From assembly GCF_006345805.1 (NCBI RefSeq), contig NC_043026.1, positions 12,937,579 through 13,001,578 on the forward strand: a DNA stretch of 64,000 nt. Reading direction: 5' to 3'. The position numbers and the translations under genes were made by a program. A model generated the notes under the pieces. That model searched no databases. It saw only the letters and a program-made list of their open reading frames with translations, and was not told the origin of the DNA. The DNA is from Octopus sinensis. Its lineage: Eukaryota. Of this stretch, positions 23,728-36,325 are shown piece after piece (the stretch's first letter is position 1; each line of letters begins with the position of its first letter).

Positions 23728-24759
23728 TCACACTTTCATATGGATGGCTACATGTGTGGTTAAATGGCTTCTTTGAGTAAATGATTTTCCACAGATTTCA
23801 CAGCAATATGGCTTCTCTCCTGTATGTATACGCTTGTGAGAAGCCAAGTTATGTATTCGAGAAAACGATTTACCACAGATGGCACAGTGAAAAGGCTTCT
23901 CTCTTGTGTGAATACGTTTGTGAGTTGTTAAGGCACTACTTACAGAGAACGATTTGCCACAGGCCTCACAGTGATACGGCTTCTGTCCCGTATGAATACG
24001 TTTGTGATTAGTCAAGTCACAACTTCCAGAGAAGGATCTACCACAGATATCACAATGATATGGTTTCTCTCCTGTATGAATACGTTTGTGCATAGTTAAG
24101 GCACTATTTACAGAGAATGATCTACCACAGATATCACAGTGATACGGCTTCTCCCCTGTATGAAGACGTTTGTGAGAAGTTAACTTATCAATTCGAGAGA
24201 ATGATCTCCCACAAATATTACACTGAAATGGCTTCTCACCTGTATGACTACGCTTATGCGTAGTTAGGTTACCTTTCTGAGAGCATAATTTACCACAGAT
24301 ATCACAGTGAAATTGTTTTTCTCCTGTATGAATGTGTTTATGAGTTTTTAAATTACCTTTTTGAGAAAATAATTTACCACAAATGTCACAGTGAAATGGT
24401 TTCTCCCCCGTGTGACTACGTTTGTGTTTTGTTAAATTACTATTTTCAGTGAATGATTTACCGCAGATGTCACAGTCATATGGCTTCTCCCCTGTATGAA
24501 CATGCTTGTGTGTAGTTAAGTGAATACTTTGAGAGAATGATTTACCGCAGACGTCACAGTCATATGGTTTCTCTCCAGTGTGAACACGTTTATGAGTTGT
24601 CAAATCACTACTTCCAGAGAATGATTTACCACAAACATCACAGTGAAACGGGTTCTCACCTGTATGAGTACGCTTATGTCGAATTAAGTTACGGGTATCA
24701 GTGAATGGTTTACCACAGATATCACAGTGATATGATGATTTTCGGATATCAGTCGACAT
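23728..24759 (-). CDS. C2H2 zinc-finger protein, 12 fingers, family A
   Basis: ATG at 24759 ([12 protein letters not shown]), 12 intact fingers, ends AIHMKV*. Confidence 0.92.
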   Translation of the reverse strand: MSTDIRKSSYHCDICGKPFTDTRNLIRHKRTHTGENPFHCDVCGKSFSGSSDLTTHKRVHTGEKPYDCDVCGKSFSQSIHLTTHKHVHTGEKPYDCDICGKSFTENSNLTKHKRSHTGEKPFHCDICGKLFSQKGNLKTHKHIHTGEKQFHCDICGKLCSQKGNLTTHKRSHTGEKPFQCNICGRSFSRIDKLTSHKRLHTGEKPYHCDICGRSFSVNSALTMHKRIHTGEKPYHCDICGRSFSGSCDLTNHKRIHTGQKPYHCEACGKSFSVSSALTTHKRIHTREKPFHCAICGKSFSRIHNLASHKRIHTGEKPYCCEICGKSFTQRSHLTTHVAIHMKV

Positions 24760-25124
24760 CTCCACGATGAATACAAAACTCCAAACCTTTAATTTGTCAC
24801 AGAATTAAATTTTCTCCCTTCTTTTTCTCTTCTGAAATCAATATACGAATATCTTCCTTCGTTTTCTTTCTATAGTTTATTCTTTACAATTATCTCCTTA
24901 TCAATATCTAAAGATGCTGCAAACTCCTTTACAAATAATTTCAAAGTTAATTAGAATGTAGAACCACTGAATAACGAATAGGAAAATGTTGCTATTTGTC
25001 TCAGTTCGGAGCAAATATTTCATACTTCACAGCAATATGATCATTTCTATTCTCCTTGAGTCTTTAAAAGATGATAAACATTCAAGATTTATCGAATGTA
25101 AAGAAAGTTCTTTTAAGCCAATGT

Positions 25125-25160
25125 CATCCGTTAATCTGAAATAATAAAAAGAAACAGCAT
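25125..25160 (-). promoter_or_regulatory. Conserved family-A splice acceptor
   Basis: Reverse complement reads tttctttttattatttcag|attaa. Confidence 0.7.
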
Positions 25161-25205
25161 AAGGTAGAGAAGAGAGATCAACATGGTTGTTATACAATGA
25201 AATAC

Positions 25206-25572
25206 GGTACTATATAAGAAGAGTGGTCCCAGTGTGCACACCCGCGCTAGCTAGTCGTGACTAGTCGATCCTTTGTGTTTTTGTGTACTATTTACTTGTT
25301 TCAGTCATTTGACTGCGGCCATGCTGGAGCACCGCCTTTAGTCGAGCAAATCGACCCCGGTACTTATTCTTTTTGTAAGCCCAGTACTTATTCTATCGGT
25401 CTCTTTTGCCGAACCGCTAAGTTACGGGGACGTAAACACACTAGCATCGGTCGTCAAGCAATGCTAGGGGGACAAACACATATATATATATATACATCAT
25501 CATCATCATCATCATCATTTAGCATCCGTTTTCCATGCTAGCATATATATATGATGATGATGATGATGATGA

Positions 25573-25621
<49 letters not shown>

Positions 25622-25866
25622 TACGACGGGCTTCTTTCAGTTTCCGTCTACCAAATCCACTCACAAGGTGGTTGGTTAGCAAGCTACTTACCACACAGCC
25701 ACTCCTGCTTTTGTGTTTTATTTACTTTGTTTAAAAAAAATTATTTATTTTGTGTTTTATTTACTTTGCAAGGTAGTCGTTTTAGGATCGACTAGTCACG
25801 ACTAGCTAGCGCGGATGCGCGACTACGCGAGTGCGCGCACCGGGACCACTCTTCTTAAATAGTACC
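25206..25866. mobile_element. MITE-2, GGTACTA termini, 9-bp TSD, with nested SINE pieces
   Basis: TSD atgaaatac at 25197 and 25867. Confidence 0.88.
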
Positions 25867-25929
25867 ATGAAATACTAAGTTAAACAGATTACTGTTATAA
25901 CTACCTAATTTAAAAAGCTTATTTTACAT

Positions 25930-26280
25930 CATTCTCCAAACTATTCTCTACGACTTGGTAAACACCCACAAAGTTATCAACCACCTCACCAACAACAACA
26001 CTGAACACCTTTTTGATCTCCATGTGTCTAACACACGTGGACATGCCTACAAAGTCAGAAAACAACACAGCTCCCATGACTTTCGGAAACATTTTTTCAC
26101 GCTGAGAGTTGCTGAAGCATGGAACAAACTGCCTGCGTCAGTTGTTGACTGCCATGACACTGCATCTTTTAAGGCCCTCATGCTTTCTGAAATCCGCCGA
26201 AACTACACCTGATTATATATACACTTTAGATGAGTTGTAGTGCACCTGAGCACTGTACACAATTATTATTATTATTATTA
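25930..26280 (+). mobile_element. CR1/L2-type LINE 3' fragment
   Basis: ORF 25955-26212 (FFTLRVAEAWNKLPASVV) and (ATT)n tail. Confidence 0.85.
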
Positions 26281-26526
26281 TAGTCTCTGCTAATGGTTGT
26301 GTAACAAGAGAATGCCAACTGGTTTCTTTATAACTTTCTAGAAAAACATTTTTCCGTGAGATACCTTTCTACGGGGGACGGAATATTATTATGACGATAA
26401 AATTTAGAAAATGGACTTTTATATATTTGAAACATCAACGTTACTTAATCAACACTCTCGAATACGCACTTCTGTAAAATGTCATTTAAAAGAAATGTAT
26501 TTTAAGCCGAATTATGGGGAATAATA

Positions 26527-26830
26527 ATAATAATAATAATGAAATTATTGTATACAGTGCTCAGGTGCACCACAACTTGTCAGAAAGTGCATATAAAGTA
26601 CATGCAGTAATGTAGAAATGTCTGGAAAGTGAACATGCTTGTGTGTGTATGGAGGGGAGAAAATCAAGTGTAGTGTTGGCGAATCTCAGAAAGTATGGAA
26701 GTTTTGAAGGATGCAGTGCTCCGACAACTAACAACCGATGCCGGCAGTTTGTTCCATGCTTCAGCAACTCTCAGCGTGAAAAAATGTTTCCCGAAGTCAT
26801 GGGAGCTGTGCTGTTTTCCAAGATATTGGA
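26527..26830 (-). mobile_element. CR1/L2-type LINE 3' fragment
   Basis: Single-copy version of the 16-18 kb unit, with tail. Confidence 0.85.
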
Positions 26831-27220
26831 GACGGAGGGAAATGAGTCGGAACTTCTCAAAAAGAACAACCTTTTAAGCATTATCTACATAATCGTAATC
26901 TACACCCTCTAAAACGTATCTCTGCAAAACTACTTGTTCTAAACGATTATCAAGAACATATATACTGATTTTTTATTACCCACAAGGGGCGATGCAGATG
27001 GGACATTACAAAACATATACACACACATTCAACTCCAGAATAATAATTAATGATACTAAAGATGGTGCTATGGCCTTTTCTTTGATAATAACTTTCTTGT
27101 TTATTTAAATTCAGTTCAATGCACACTTGCCTTGTACTAACCATTTCTCTTTGTGTGTGTCTGTATATGTGTTCTTTATAATCGTTTAGAGCAAGTAGTT
27201 TTACACCAATTACACTATTT

Positions 27221-27646
27221 GGCAATCTTTCGTCTCTAGTAGACCTTTCCGTCGATTTCCGTAATAAATTTTTTTTTTTTTTACATATGGGCTTGCGGGA
27301 ACTTTTGAAGTAATGAGAGCGAAAGAGACTAAGAGAAAGCGATTGTATGACGAGGGAAGTTCTTTTGAAGTTACCGTGCATGTGAAGCATTGATGTACAT
27401 GTGTGTGTGTGTTTGATGGGGTGTGGGAGACAGACAGTATGTTGTGTAAGTGAAGTGCTTCTGTTAGTGTGTGTGAAGAGACAGAGAGAGTAATGTGTGA
27501 AAGAGAGAGATAACTGAAATTTTTTACTCGGTGTATGTGTATATGTATGTATATTACTTCAAAAGTTCCCGCAAGCCCATATGTAAAAAAAAAAAATTTT
27601 TTTTACGGAAATCGACGGAAAGGTCTACTAGAGACGTAAGATCGCC
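27221..27646 (+). mobile_element. MITE-1
   Basis: Same TIRs; TSD cactattt. Confidence 0.9.
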
Positions 27647-28254
27647 CACTATTTTTTTTCTTTTTTTCCGGCCCGGGTCAAACACTTCAGTTTAAAGGCC
27701 ATGGACTGAAGATGTGAATTTTCCGAGTCCTCTCCTCCCCCTTTCGCGAGAGCGCATTTTTCTTTTGTCATATTCGTTTAGAACAAGTTGTTTTACACCA
27801 ATTACACTATTTTTTGCTTGTTTTTGTGTCCGGGTCAAACCCTTTAGTTTGGGTCAAACCCTTTAGTTTGACCAAAATAAGTTATATTAGCATCAAATTA
27901 ACAAAAGATTAAACAACAAAATACGTCGGTGTTACAACTTACTGTTTGTACCCGAGTGAAATTCGATCTCATGGAAACAGTTGCTCCTATCCTAGCTTTA
28001 TAATATATTAATTATAATGAATTATAACAAATGAAATAATTCGGACAAAACGAAAGAAGTTTTTAGACATCAATTCATATTTGTCAGTATTAAATCAACG
28101 TTTCCCTTTGTGAATCGTTATCTCACTAGGAAAAACTTATTAAAACAATAAAGATATATTTAATATATATTTAAGCAAAGAGTAAATGAGATACGCTACT
28201 AAATACACAAATATATTTGAGGTGGGGAAAAAGTAATTGAAGACATGCAATGAC

Positions 28255-28649
28255 GAGATACGAATTGATGTCTGAAGAATAAGAAGCCAAACGAAAGTGG
28301 ATGTCGCAGAATTTTTGGAATTGGAAAGAAAGGTTTGGAAATCCTAATCTAAGGACGAGAGAGAAACCCGTTTTGCAGTTTGGTCGACGCACTGGTTCAC
28401 TGCTGGGAAACGGTGCAGAATTTTTGGAATTGGAAAGAAAGGTTTGGAAATCCTAATCTAAGGACGAGAGAGAAACCCGTTTTGCAGTTTGGTCGACGCA
28501 CTGGTTCACTGCTGGGAAACGGTGCAGAATTTTTGGAATTGGAAAGAAAGGTTTGGAAATCCTAATCTAAGGACGAGAGAGAAACCCGTTTTGCAGTTTG
28601 GTCGACGCACTGGTTCACTGCTGAGAAACGGTGACAAGCAACGGTAAGT
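28255..28649 (+). promoter_or_regulatory. Putative non-coding exon 1 and donor of the 30880 gene
   Basis: Same block (gaattgatgtct...cagtttggtcgacg...acg|gtaagt at 28644), with an internal triplication. Confidence 0.6.
28306..28632 (+). repeat. 3 x 109-bp tandem repeat
   Basis: gcagaattttt at 28306, 28415 and 28524. Confidence 0.95.
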
Positions 28650-28730
28650 CGACGAAGATTTACCTGAATAATAATAATAAATCTGTAATTACGTTTGTGA
28701 ATATATACATGTTTAGGTTTGCATGTGAAT

Positions 28731-29199
28731 CTTCTCTCTATATATAAACGTTTGTCTGTCTGTGTGTCTGTCATTTCTCTCTATATAAACGGCAGTTTGT
28801 CTGTCTGTCAGGTTGTACCCTTACCCTGACCACGGCTTTCAACCGATTCTGATGAAACTTGACACACACATAGCCCAATGTATTAATTCAAAACTAACGC
28901 AGTGAAAATTTTGAAAAGTTCCCCCAGTTCTGAAAAAAATCGATAAATTCGACATGGGGTCGAGAATCTAAGCTTTTTAATATGCAACACATTTTCTGTC
29001 TAGGGGACACAACTCGACCTTTTTATCGCCCAAAGGGACAGCTAGGAACATCGTATACATAGAAGTATTCGAGTGAAGAGAAGACATTGCAACCTACACA
29101 TGCGCCTTCGTTCCCTAGAGGGAAAGGACTAGATTGGGATTAGTCGTTGCCTACTAGGGGCTCTTACATACCCGGGCAACGCTGGGCTATGCGGCTAGT
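28731..29199 (+). mobile_element. Helitron/DINE-like non-autonomous element
   Basis: 5' tctctctatatataaa plus (CTGT)n; 3' hairpin cccgggcaacgctggg followed by ctagt. A 3' partial copy lies at 60965-61165. Confidence 0.7.
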
Positions 29200-29324
29200 A
29201 TGAAATAAAAGGGGTTGGCATTAAGAAGGGGACCTAGTCGTAGGTTGCTGGTTTATTACAAAAATCTGTTTGAGTAACTATTTCTGGAAAAATGATGGGG
29301 GACAGAATTAATATGAATGATTGC

Positions 29325-29572
29325 ATTATTTACATTTGATGGATACTTGTCCGCATCTTGTTTGTTCTTAACACAACTTTTCGGCTGATATACCCTCCAG
29401 CCGTCTTCAGGTGTCTTGGGTAAACGTCGAACCTGGGTTCTCATTCCTCAGCTATATTTTTCGATGTTATTATTATTATTATTGTTGTTCAGGTCACTGC
29501 TTAGAATCGAACTTGGAATTTTGGGGTTAGTAACCCGTGCTCTTAACCACTACGTCATATGCCCGTGGGCAA
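29325..29572 (-). mobile_element. Single-arm copy of the same element
   Basis: Colinear with 38606-38825; terminates in the short palindrome tgcccgtgggca. Confidence 0.75.
29370..29415 (-). ncRNA. Second copy of the same hammerhead-like motif
   Basis: Reverse complement: gacac CTGAAGA c GGCTG gagggtatat CAGCC GAAA agtt gtgtt. Confidence 0.45.
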
Positions 29573-29746
29573 CCAGGCCTTTTGTGATACCCTTAAAGCC
29601 AAGAGAGGCCATATCAGTGTGAAATCTTAAAGCCAAGACCTTTCCAACATTCCCTCATAAATTTGTAAAACGTTACACAACCTGAAGATGAAGGTAAAGT
29701 AGCAGGTGTCACCCAATGTTATATGATGTCGTTTGTTAATCAATAT

Positions 29747-30128
29747 AGGCGCAGGAGTGGCTGTGTGGTAAGTAGCTTGCTTACCAACCACATGGTTCTG
29801 GGTTCAGTCCCACTGCGTGGCACCTTAGGCAAGTGTCTTCTGCTATAGCCTCGGGCTGACCAAAGCCTTGTGAGTGGATTTGGTAGACGGAAACTGAAAG
29901 AAGCCTGTCGTATATATGTATATGTGTGTGTGTCTGTGTTTGTCCCCCTAGCATTGCTTGACAACCGATGCTGGTGTGTTTATGTCCCCGTTACTTAGCG
30001 TTTCGGCAAAAGAGACCGATAGAATAAGTACTGGGCTTACACAGAATAAGTCCCGGGGTGGAGTTGCTCGATTAAAGGCGGTGCTCCAGCATGGGCGCAG
30101 TCAAATGACTGAAACAAGTAAAAGAGTA
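29747..30128 (+). mobile_element. SINE-A, full length (tRNA-like head, ccttgggcaag core, internal (TA)/(TG), taaaagag tail)
   Basis: Reference copy of a family with more than 20 copies. Others include 1-330, 10330-10500, 11330-11725, 14908-15362, 22205-22390, 31430-31590, 42725-43115, 43795-43930, 47370-47755, 49255-49640, 50035-50415, 53030-53420 and 61362-61805. Confidence 0.9.
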
Positions 30129-30174
30129 TAGAAATGTTGTAACATTTCTCTTTTGATCTTTCATCTCTATCTAA

Positions 30175-30205
30175 TTCTGTTTCTTTATTATTTCAGATTA
30201 ATTGA
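30175..30205 (+). promoter_or_regulatory. Conserved family-A splice acceptor
   Basis: ttctttattatttcag|attaa. Confidence 0.7.
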
Positions 30206-30378
30206 TGACATTGGCATGAAAGAAATTTTTATCACATTGGATACATCATCAATATTTATCATACTCAAAGGCTAAAAGAATATATTCTACGGAACAGATA
30301 TGACACTATTTCTATCACCCTGTGGTAGGATGACTGACATATTTGCCTTGAACTGAAATTTGTAACAACATTTCTCTG

Positions 30379-30781
30379 TTAAACTGGCCATATCAGCCCC
30401 TTGTCTGAAGTACAAACTGGCCTGCTCTAGCATCTCACACCTATCATACAATGCCATCCTAAATATAGACAATAATATAGAAATCTCAAAGCTTCGAGAC
30501 AATTCATGATTAATTCAAAAGAATATGAGTCAAAAAAGCTTTACATTTCACAGAGTAGGTGGAATGATAAAGGGTTAGCATTTTAACTGGCCATATCAGC
30601 CCCTTGTCTGAAGTACAAACTGGCCTGGTCTAGCATCTTTCACCTGTCATACAATGCCATCCTAAATATAAACAGTAATATAGAAATCTCAAAGCTTCGA
30701 GACAATTCATGATTAATTCAAAAGAATATGAGTCAAAAAAGCTTTACATTTCACAGAGTAGGTGGAACGGTAAAGGGTTAA
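30379..30781 (+). repeat. Tandem duplication (about 203 bp) of a piggyBac-type MITE in the 30880 5'UTR
   Basis: Units start at 30379 and about 30582; similar to 58995-59210; ends aaagggttaa. Confidence 0.75.
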
Positions 30782-30879
30782 ACTTGAATACAATTTTAAA
30801 GAAGTCTGCAGCATCTTCAGGTATCAGTGAAGATCACAGCTGATAGCAGAGGATAGAGTTTTTTGCATTCTTTGAAAAG

Positions 30880-31407
30880 ATGTCGAAAAAGTTACGAGAA
30901 GCATCATTTCATTGCGAAATCTGTGGTATATTATTCTCTAGAGGTATTGACTTAACTAGACACATACGTATTCATACAGGAGAGAGACCATTTCATTGTG
31001 ATTTCTGTGGTAAATCATTTTCTCGTAGCAATGTCTTAACTGTACACAAACGTATTCATACAGGTGAGAAACCATATCGTTGCGATATCTGTGATAAATC
31101 ATTCTCTGAAAATGCTAATTTAAATCGACACAAACGCATCCATTCAGAAGAGAAACCATATGACTGTGATATCTGTGGTAAATCATTCTCTCGAAGTAGT
31201 GACTTGGGTAAGCATACACATGTACATACTGGGCTGAAACCATATCGCTGTGATATTTGTGGTAAGTCCTTCTCTCAAAGTGCTAACTTGACTAACCACA
31301 AGCGTATCCACACGGGGGAGAGGCCATATCAGTGTGAAATCTGTGGCAAATCATTTGCTCAAAAATGCAACTTAACAACACATACATCTATTCATTCAAA
31401 AGTGTGA
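30880..31407 (+). CDS. C2H2 zinc-finger protein, 6 fingers, family A
   Basis: ATG at 30880, 6 intact fingers, ends SIHSKV*. Confidence 0.9.
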   Translation: MSKKLREASFHCEICGILFSRGIDLTRHIRIHTGERPFHCDFCGKSFSRSNVLTVHKRIHTGEKPYRCDICDKSFSENANLNRHKRIHSEEKPYDCDICGKSFSRSSDLGKHTHVHTGLKPYRCDICGKSFSQSANLTNHKRIHTGERPYQCEICGKSFAQKCNLTTHTSIHSKV

Positions 31408-31970
31408 GTCCGTATTCTGTTACCACTTCTCTGGTTTCAGTCATTTCACTGTGGCCATTCTGGAGCACTGCCTTTAGTCGAATAAATTGACCTCAGGGCT
31501 TATTCTATCGTTTTCTTCTGCTGAGCCACCAAGTTACTGGGACGTGAAGACACCAGCATTGGTTGTCAAGCGATGGTGGTGGGGGCAAACAGATACATAT
31601 GTCATCATCATCATCGTCCGTTTTCCGCGCTAGCACGGGTTGGACGGTTTCGACCGGGGTCTGGGGAGCCAGGGGCTGCTCCAGTCTGGTCTGGCAGTGT
31701 TTCTACAGCTGGATGCCCTTCCTAACGCCAACCACACTGCGAGTGTAGTGGGTGCTTTTTACGTGCCACCTGCACAGGTGCCAGAGGGGTCTGGCATCGG
31801 CCACGGTCAGTTGGTACTTTTTATATGCCACCTGCACAGAAGCCAGTCGGGGCGGTGTTGGCATCGGCCACGTTCGGATGGTGGTTTTTTTATGTGGGGG
31901 GGAGGGTGCAGAAATATAGGGGAGCACCAGTGGGGAGGGGTGTTCGGAGAACCAATATATATTTATATAT

Positions 31971-32270
31971 GTGGAAGCGCAATGGCCCAGTGGTTAGGGC
32001 AGCGGACTTGCGGTCGGAGGATCGCGGCTTCGATTCCCAGACCGGGTGTTGTGAGTGTTTATTGAGCGAAAACACCTAAAAAAGCTCCACGAGGCTCCGG
32101 CAGGGGGTGGTGATCCCTACTGTACTCTTTCACCACTCTTTCTCCCACTTTCTTCTGTTGGCTTGCTCGCTTAGCTAGCGGGGTGGCGTCATTCGAAGGC
32201 TAAAACAATGCAAACGCATTGTGACCAGCGATGTGTAACAACATCTGATGGTCTGGTTGATCACGTGATA
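31971..32270 (+). mobile_element. SINE-B, tail type b
   Basis: Same head, different 3' module ending tcacgtgata. Confidence 0.88.
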
Positions 32271-32679
32271 TGTATATATATATATATATGACAATAGGGT
32301 TCAGTAAAATATTTTACTGAACCCTATTTTTATAATGTAATATTTCAAACATACCATAAATGGTCGTTTTACATACTGAACACTACTTGGTAAAATTAAT
32401 TAATAATTAATTAATTTTACCCTTTATTATTGACAATATATATATATATGTATATATATACTTAACGTAAAGTATACTAGCCATCTGAATGTGGCTAGCA
32501 CTGGGGGTGGGGTGTTACTGATGCTTTTAGCCCCAGGCGATCAACGTCACCAGATGGACTTTAGACACTATCTCAGTGCCCTTGTGTTATTTGCAAAGGG
32601 AGGTCATCCTCCCTCGAAAACCTAAGTGCCACATACGGACTATAGTTTCAAGGTAATTGCCTCTCGTCTATATATATAC

Positions 32680-33083
32680 TCTTTTACTCTTTTATTTGTT
32701 TCAGTCATTTGACTGTGGCCATGCTGGAGCAACGCCTTTAGTCAAGCAAATTGACCCCAGGACTTATTCTTTGTAAGCCTAGTACTTATTCTATCGGCCT
32801 CTTTTGCCGAACCGCTAAGTTACGGGGGCGTAGACACACCAGCTTCGGTTGTCAAATGATGTTGGGTGGACAAACACAGACACACAAACACACATACACA
32901 CACATATATATACATATATACGACGGGCTTCTTTCATTTTCCGTCTACCAAATCCACTCACAAGGCTTTGGTCGGCCCGAGGCTATAGTAGAAGACACTT
33001 GCCCAAGTTGCCACGCAGTGGGACTGAACCTGGAACCATGTGGTTGGTAAGCAAGCTATTTACCACACAGCCACTCCTATGCC

Positions 33084-33121
<38 letters not shown>

Positions 33122-33290
33122 ATATAGATACATATGACGGGCTTCTTTCAGTTTCTGGCTACCAAGTCTACTTACAGGGCTTTGGTCAGCCAAGGCTGTA
33201 GTGGAAGACACTTGCCCAAGGTGCCACGCAGTGGCACTGAACCCGAAACTAAGTGGTTGGGAAGAAAGCCTCTTACAACACAACCACTTC
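32680..33290 (-). mobile_element. SINE-A plus an extra diverged head
   Basis: Blocks at 32680-33085 and 33135-33290. Confidence 0.85.
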
Positions 33291-33456
33291 TGTCAAATTT
33301 CTTTATAACAAACACCACCAACATTTTAAGATGATTTTCCTTCCTAAATCATGGATTAGCCCTGTATACTTAATAAATCATGGACCTTTGGAAACAGATA
33401 TACCACCCATGTTTGTTTGTTTGAGTTGTTTTACAGCCAGAAGCCCTTCCTTATAC

Positions 33457-34208
33457 TTACTTCACAAAACATCAACATACTCATTCAGGAGAGAAACCAC
33501 ATCACTTTGATATTTGTGACTAATCATTCTCTATAAGAAGTCACTTGAATCACAAACATGGTCATACAAGAAAATAGCCATCTCACTGCCACATGTGTAC
33601 TAAATCATTCTCTCACAAACTCCACTCAACTAAACATGTATCTATCCATACAAAAGTATGACTTTATCATTGTGAAATTTCTTTACAACAAACAAGGAAC
33701 ACTTTCAAATGATATTTCCCTGCTAAACCATGGATTATCTTTGTGGACTTTACAATAATCCATGAACCTTTGGCAATAATTATATCCCTCATGGTTGTTT
33801 GTTTGAGGAGTTGTTTTACAGCCAGAAGCCCTTCCTTATGCCAACCCTTTTAGTAACCTTTTATGAGGGACATAAATTGTTACTTAGACACAAGCTGCTT
33901 GTTAAAATTCATTCTGTTTCAGAAATAACTTGTATAACGATAAATGTATTCCCCGTGGGAAAGAAGATACGAGCAGTGTGATAACAAGCTGCAGTCACGA
34001 TATTTTTATATCACCACAGTTATATCAACATTGGTGAGATTGTTACTGTGATATTTTGAATAAAAAACATTCTCATAAATATTCACTGTAATGTATTTTC
34101 AGGATATAGGAAAGATATTGTGGGTAAATAAGTGAGAAATATATTCTCAGAGATGTGTAATAATATCACTGTATCATTTGTTAAGATATCAATAAAGCAT
34201 AAAACATA
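33457..34208 (+). repeat. Copy of the 7979-gene 3'UTR (9545-10299), including fossil fingers and AATAAA
   Basis: Near identity by eye; ORFs 9646-9846 and 33558-33758 translate identically; AATAAA at 10282 and 34191. Confidence 0.9.
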
Positions 34209-35170
34209 GCCTAAAAGGATATACATATAAAGTGGTCTGTGTTTGTATGATTATGTATGTATGTGTGTGTGTGTGTCTATGTATATACACATGGTGGCTC
34301 AAAAGTAGGTTCACAGTTATTCAACTTTCACTTTCACATTCTTATATTTACAGTTTAGATCTTAATTATAAAAAAAATATGAAACCATTATTCTATGCTA
34401 ATTTAGTTAATTGTAAGGTAGAAATTTAAATGTAATAAAATGTTTGAAAAGAAATTTAAAGTGCCTACATAATAACTGTAAACCTACCTTTGGCCCACCC
34501 TGTGGAAATAGTAGTTGTGGTACCTGTGCCAGTGGCACATGAAAAGCACCATCCGAACGTGGCCGATGCCAGCGCCGCCTCGACTGGCTTCCGTACTGGT
34601 GGCACATAAAAAGCACCATCTGAACGTGGCCGATGCCAGCGCCGCCTTGACTGGCTTCCGTGCCGGTGGCACGTTAAAAGCACCAACCGATCATGGCCGA
34701 TGCCAGACTCCCCTGGCACCTGTGCCGGTGATACGTAAAAAGCACTCACTACACTTGCGGAGTGGTTGGCGTTAGGAAGGGCATCCAGCCGTAGAAACAC
34801 TGCCAGATCAGACTGAAGCCTGGTGCAGCCCCTGGCTTCCCAGACCCCGGTCAAACTGTCCAACCCGTGCTAGCGCGGAAAACAGACGTTAAATGATGAT
34901 GATGATATATATATGCTTTTGGTGCGAACGGTTTTGTTATATAAAACAAACCAATATAGTTCTTAAATTTGACAGAAACAGAGAGGCTAATTTACTGGTG
35001 TATAGGTAACACACTTAGTCATGTTAACAAAGGGATATGGCTTCAAGTCCTATGTGGATAGGAAAACCTTTTTTCTGTCGAGGGCTTATATGCCCCTTTA
35101 TTAAACTATTTTCCTTAGTCATTGCACAGTGATCGCTTTAAGCTTATATAAATACTATTATTAATACAAA

Positions 35171-35880
35171 TCTCTCTCTATATAAAGCTGAAGTTGTCTG
35201 TATGGCAGGTTTGGTAGCCTTCAACTATCACTTATCTCCTCCAAGACCCTGCGGTGCAAGTTGACCAAAATTGAGAGTATGATAGAAGAAGGCTTGGACC
35301 ATGTTAACACCAAAAGTTATTTACATCAAAAAGGTGCTTTTTTTTCTATGAAAATTCCTATTTTGTGACTGCTGTGTCGCCATTTTTTGGTGTATTTCAA
35401 CCAGAAAAATGTTCACTTAAAGAGAATAACAAGCTACATAATGCAACATTTTTACTTTTCAAAAATTCCAATTCTAAAGGGTCGAAACAAACCCGAGCAA
35501 CGTTGGGTGATACTGCTAGTCTCTCTCTATATAAAGCTGAAGTTGTCTGTGTATGGCAGGTTTGGTAGCCTTCAACTAACACTATCTCCTCCGAGACCCT
35601 GCGGCGCAAGTTGACCAAAATTGAGAGTATGATAGAAGAAGGCTTGCTCTTCCTTCCGTAGAAGAAAAAATTCAAATCGGACCACGTTAACACCAAAAAT
35701 TATTTACATCAAAAAGGTGCTTTTTTTCTATGAAAATCTATGTTTTTTACGATTTTTTGACTGCTGTGTCGCCAGTTTTCGGTGTATTTCAACCAGAAAA
35801 ATGTTCACTTAAAGATCGGACCACGTTAACACCAAAAATTATTTACATCAAAAAGGTGCTCTTTTTTCTATGAAAATCCC
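35171..35880 (+). mobile_element. Tandem Helitron-like elements
   Basis: Units start at 35171 and 35521; the first ends cccgagcaacgttggg...ctagt. Confidence 0.65.
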
Positions 35881-35939
35881 CATTGTTAGAAGGGTTTCTC
35901 AGCACCCCTGCTGGATGGGTAATGTCAGTGTACATGTAT

Positions 35940-36100
35940 GACAGAGTGTAAATGATTTAAGAGGAAAACTGGGTAGAAGAAGCATCAGATGTGGTGGGCA
36001 AGAGAGGAGGCTGTGATGGTCTGGTCATGTGATGCATGTGGATGAGAACAGATGCATAAAGAAGTGCCATGCTCCAATTGTGGAGGGTCCAAGAAACCCC
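35940..36100 (+). mobile_element. RTE-type LINE C-terminal fragment
   Basis: Manual translation: LRGKLGRRSIRCGGQERRL*WSGHVMHVDENRCIKKC. Confidence 0.7.
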
Positions 36101-36276
36101 TCTGTCTTCCACACATACGGGGTTGTCCCTTCAGGTGCCAGCGCCACTTAAAAAGCACCCATGTTGGTGCTTTGTAAATGCATCCGTGCAGCTGCTGCAT
36201 AAATATACCCATGCCAGTGGCCTGTAATAAAGCACCCAACACACCCTGTTAAGTGGTTGGCGTTATATATATACAC

Positions 36277-36321
<45 letters not shown>

Positions 36322-36325
<4 letters not shown>

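Noticed and set aside
29670-29700. CTGAAGA as a further hammerhead core
   Set aside because: No stem II or downstream GAAA.
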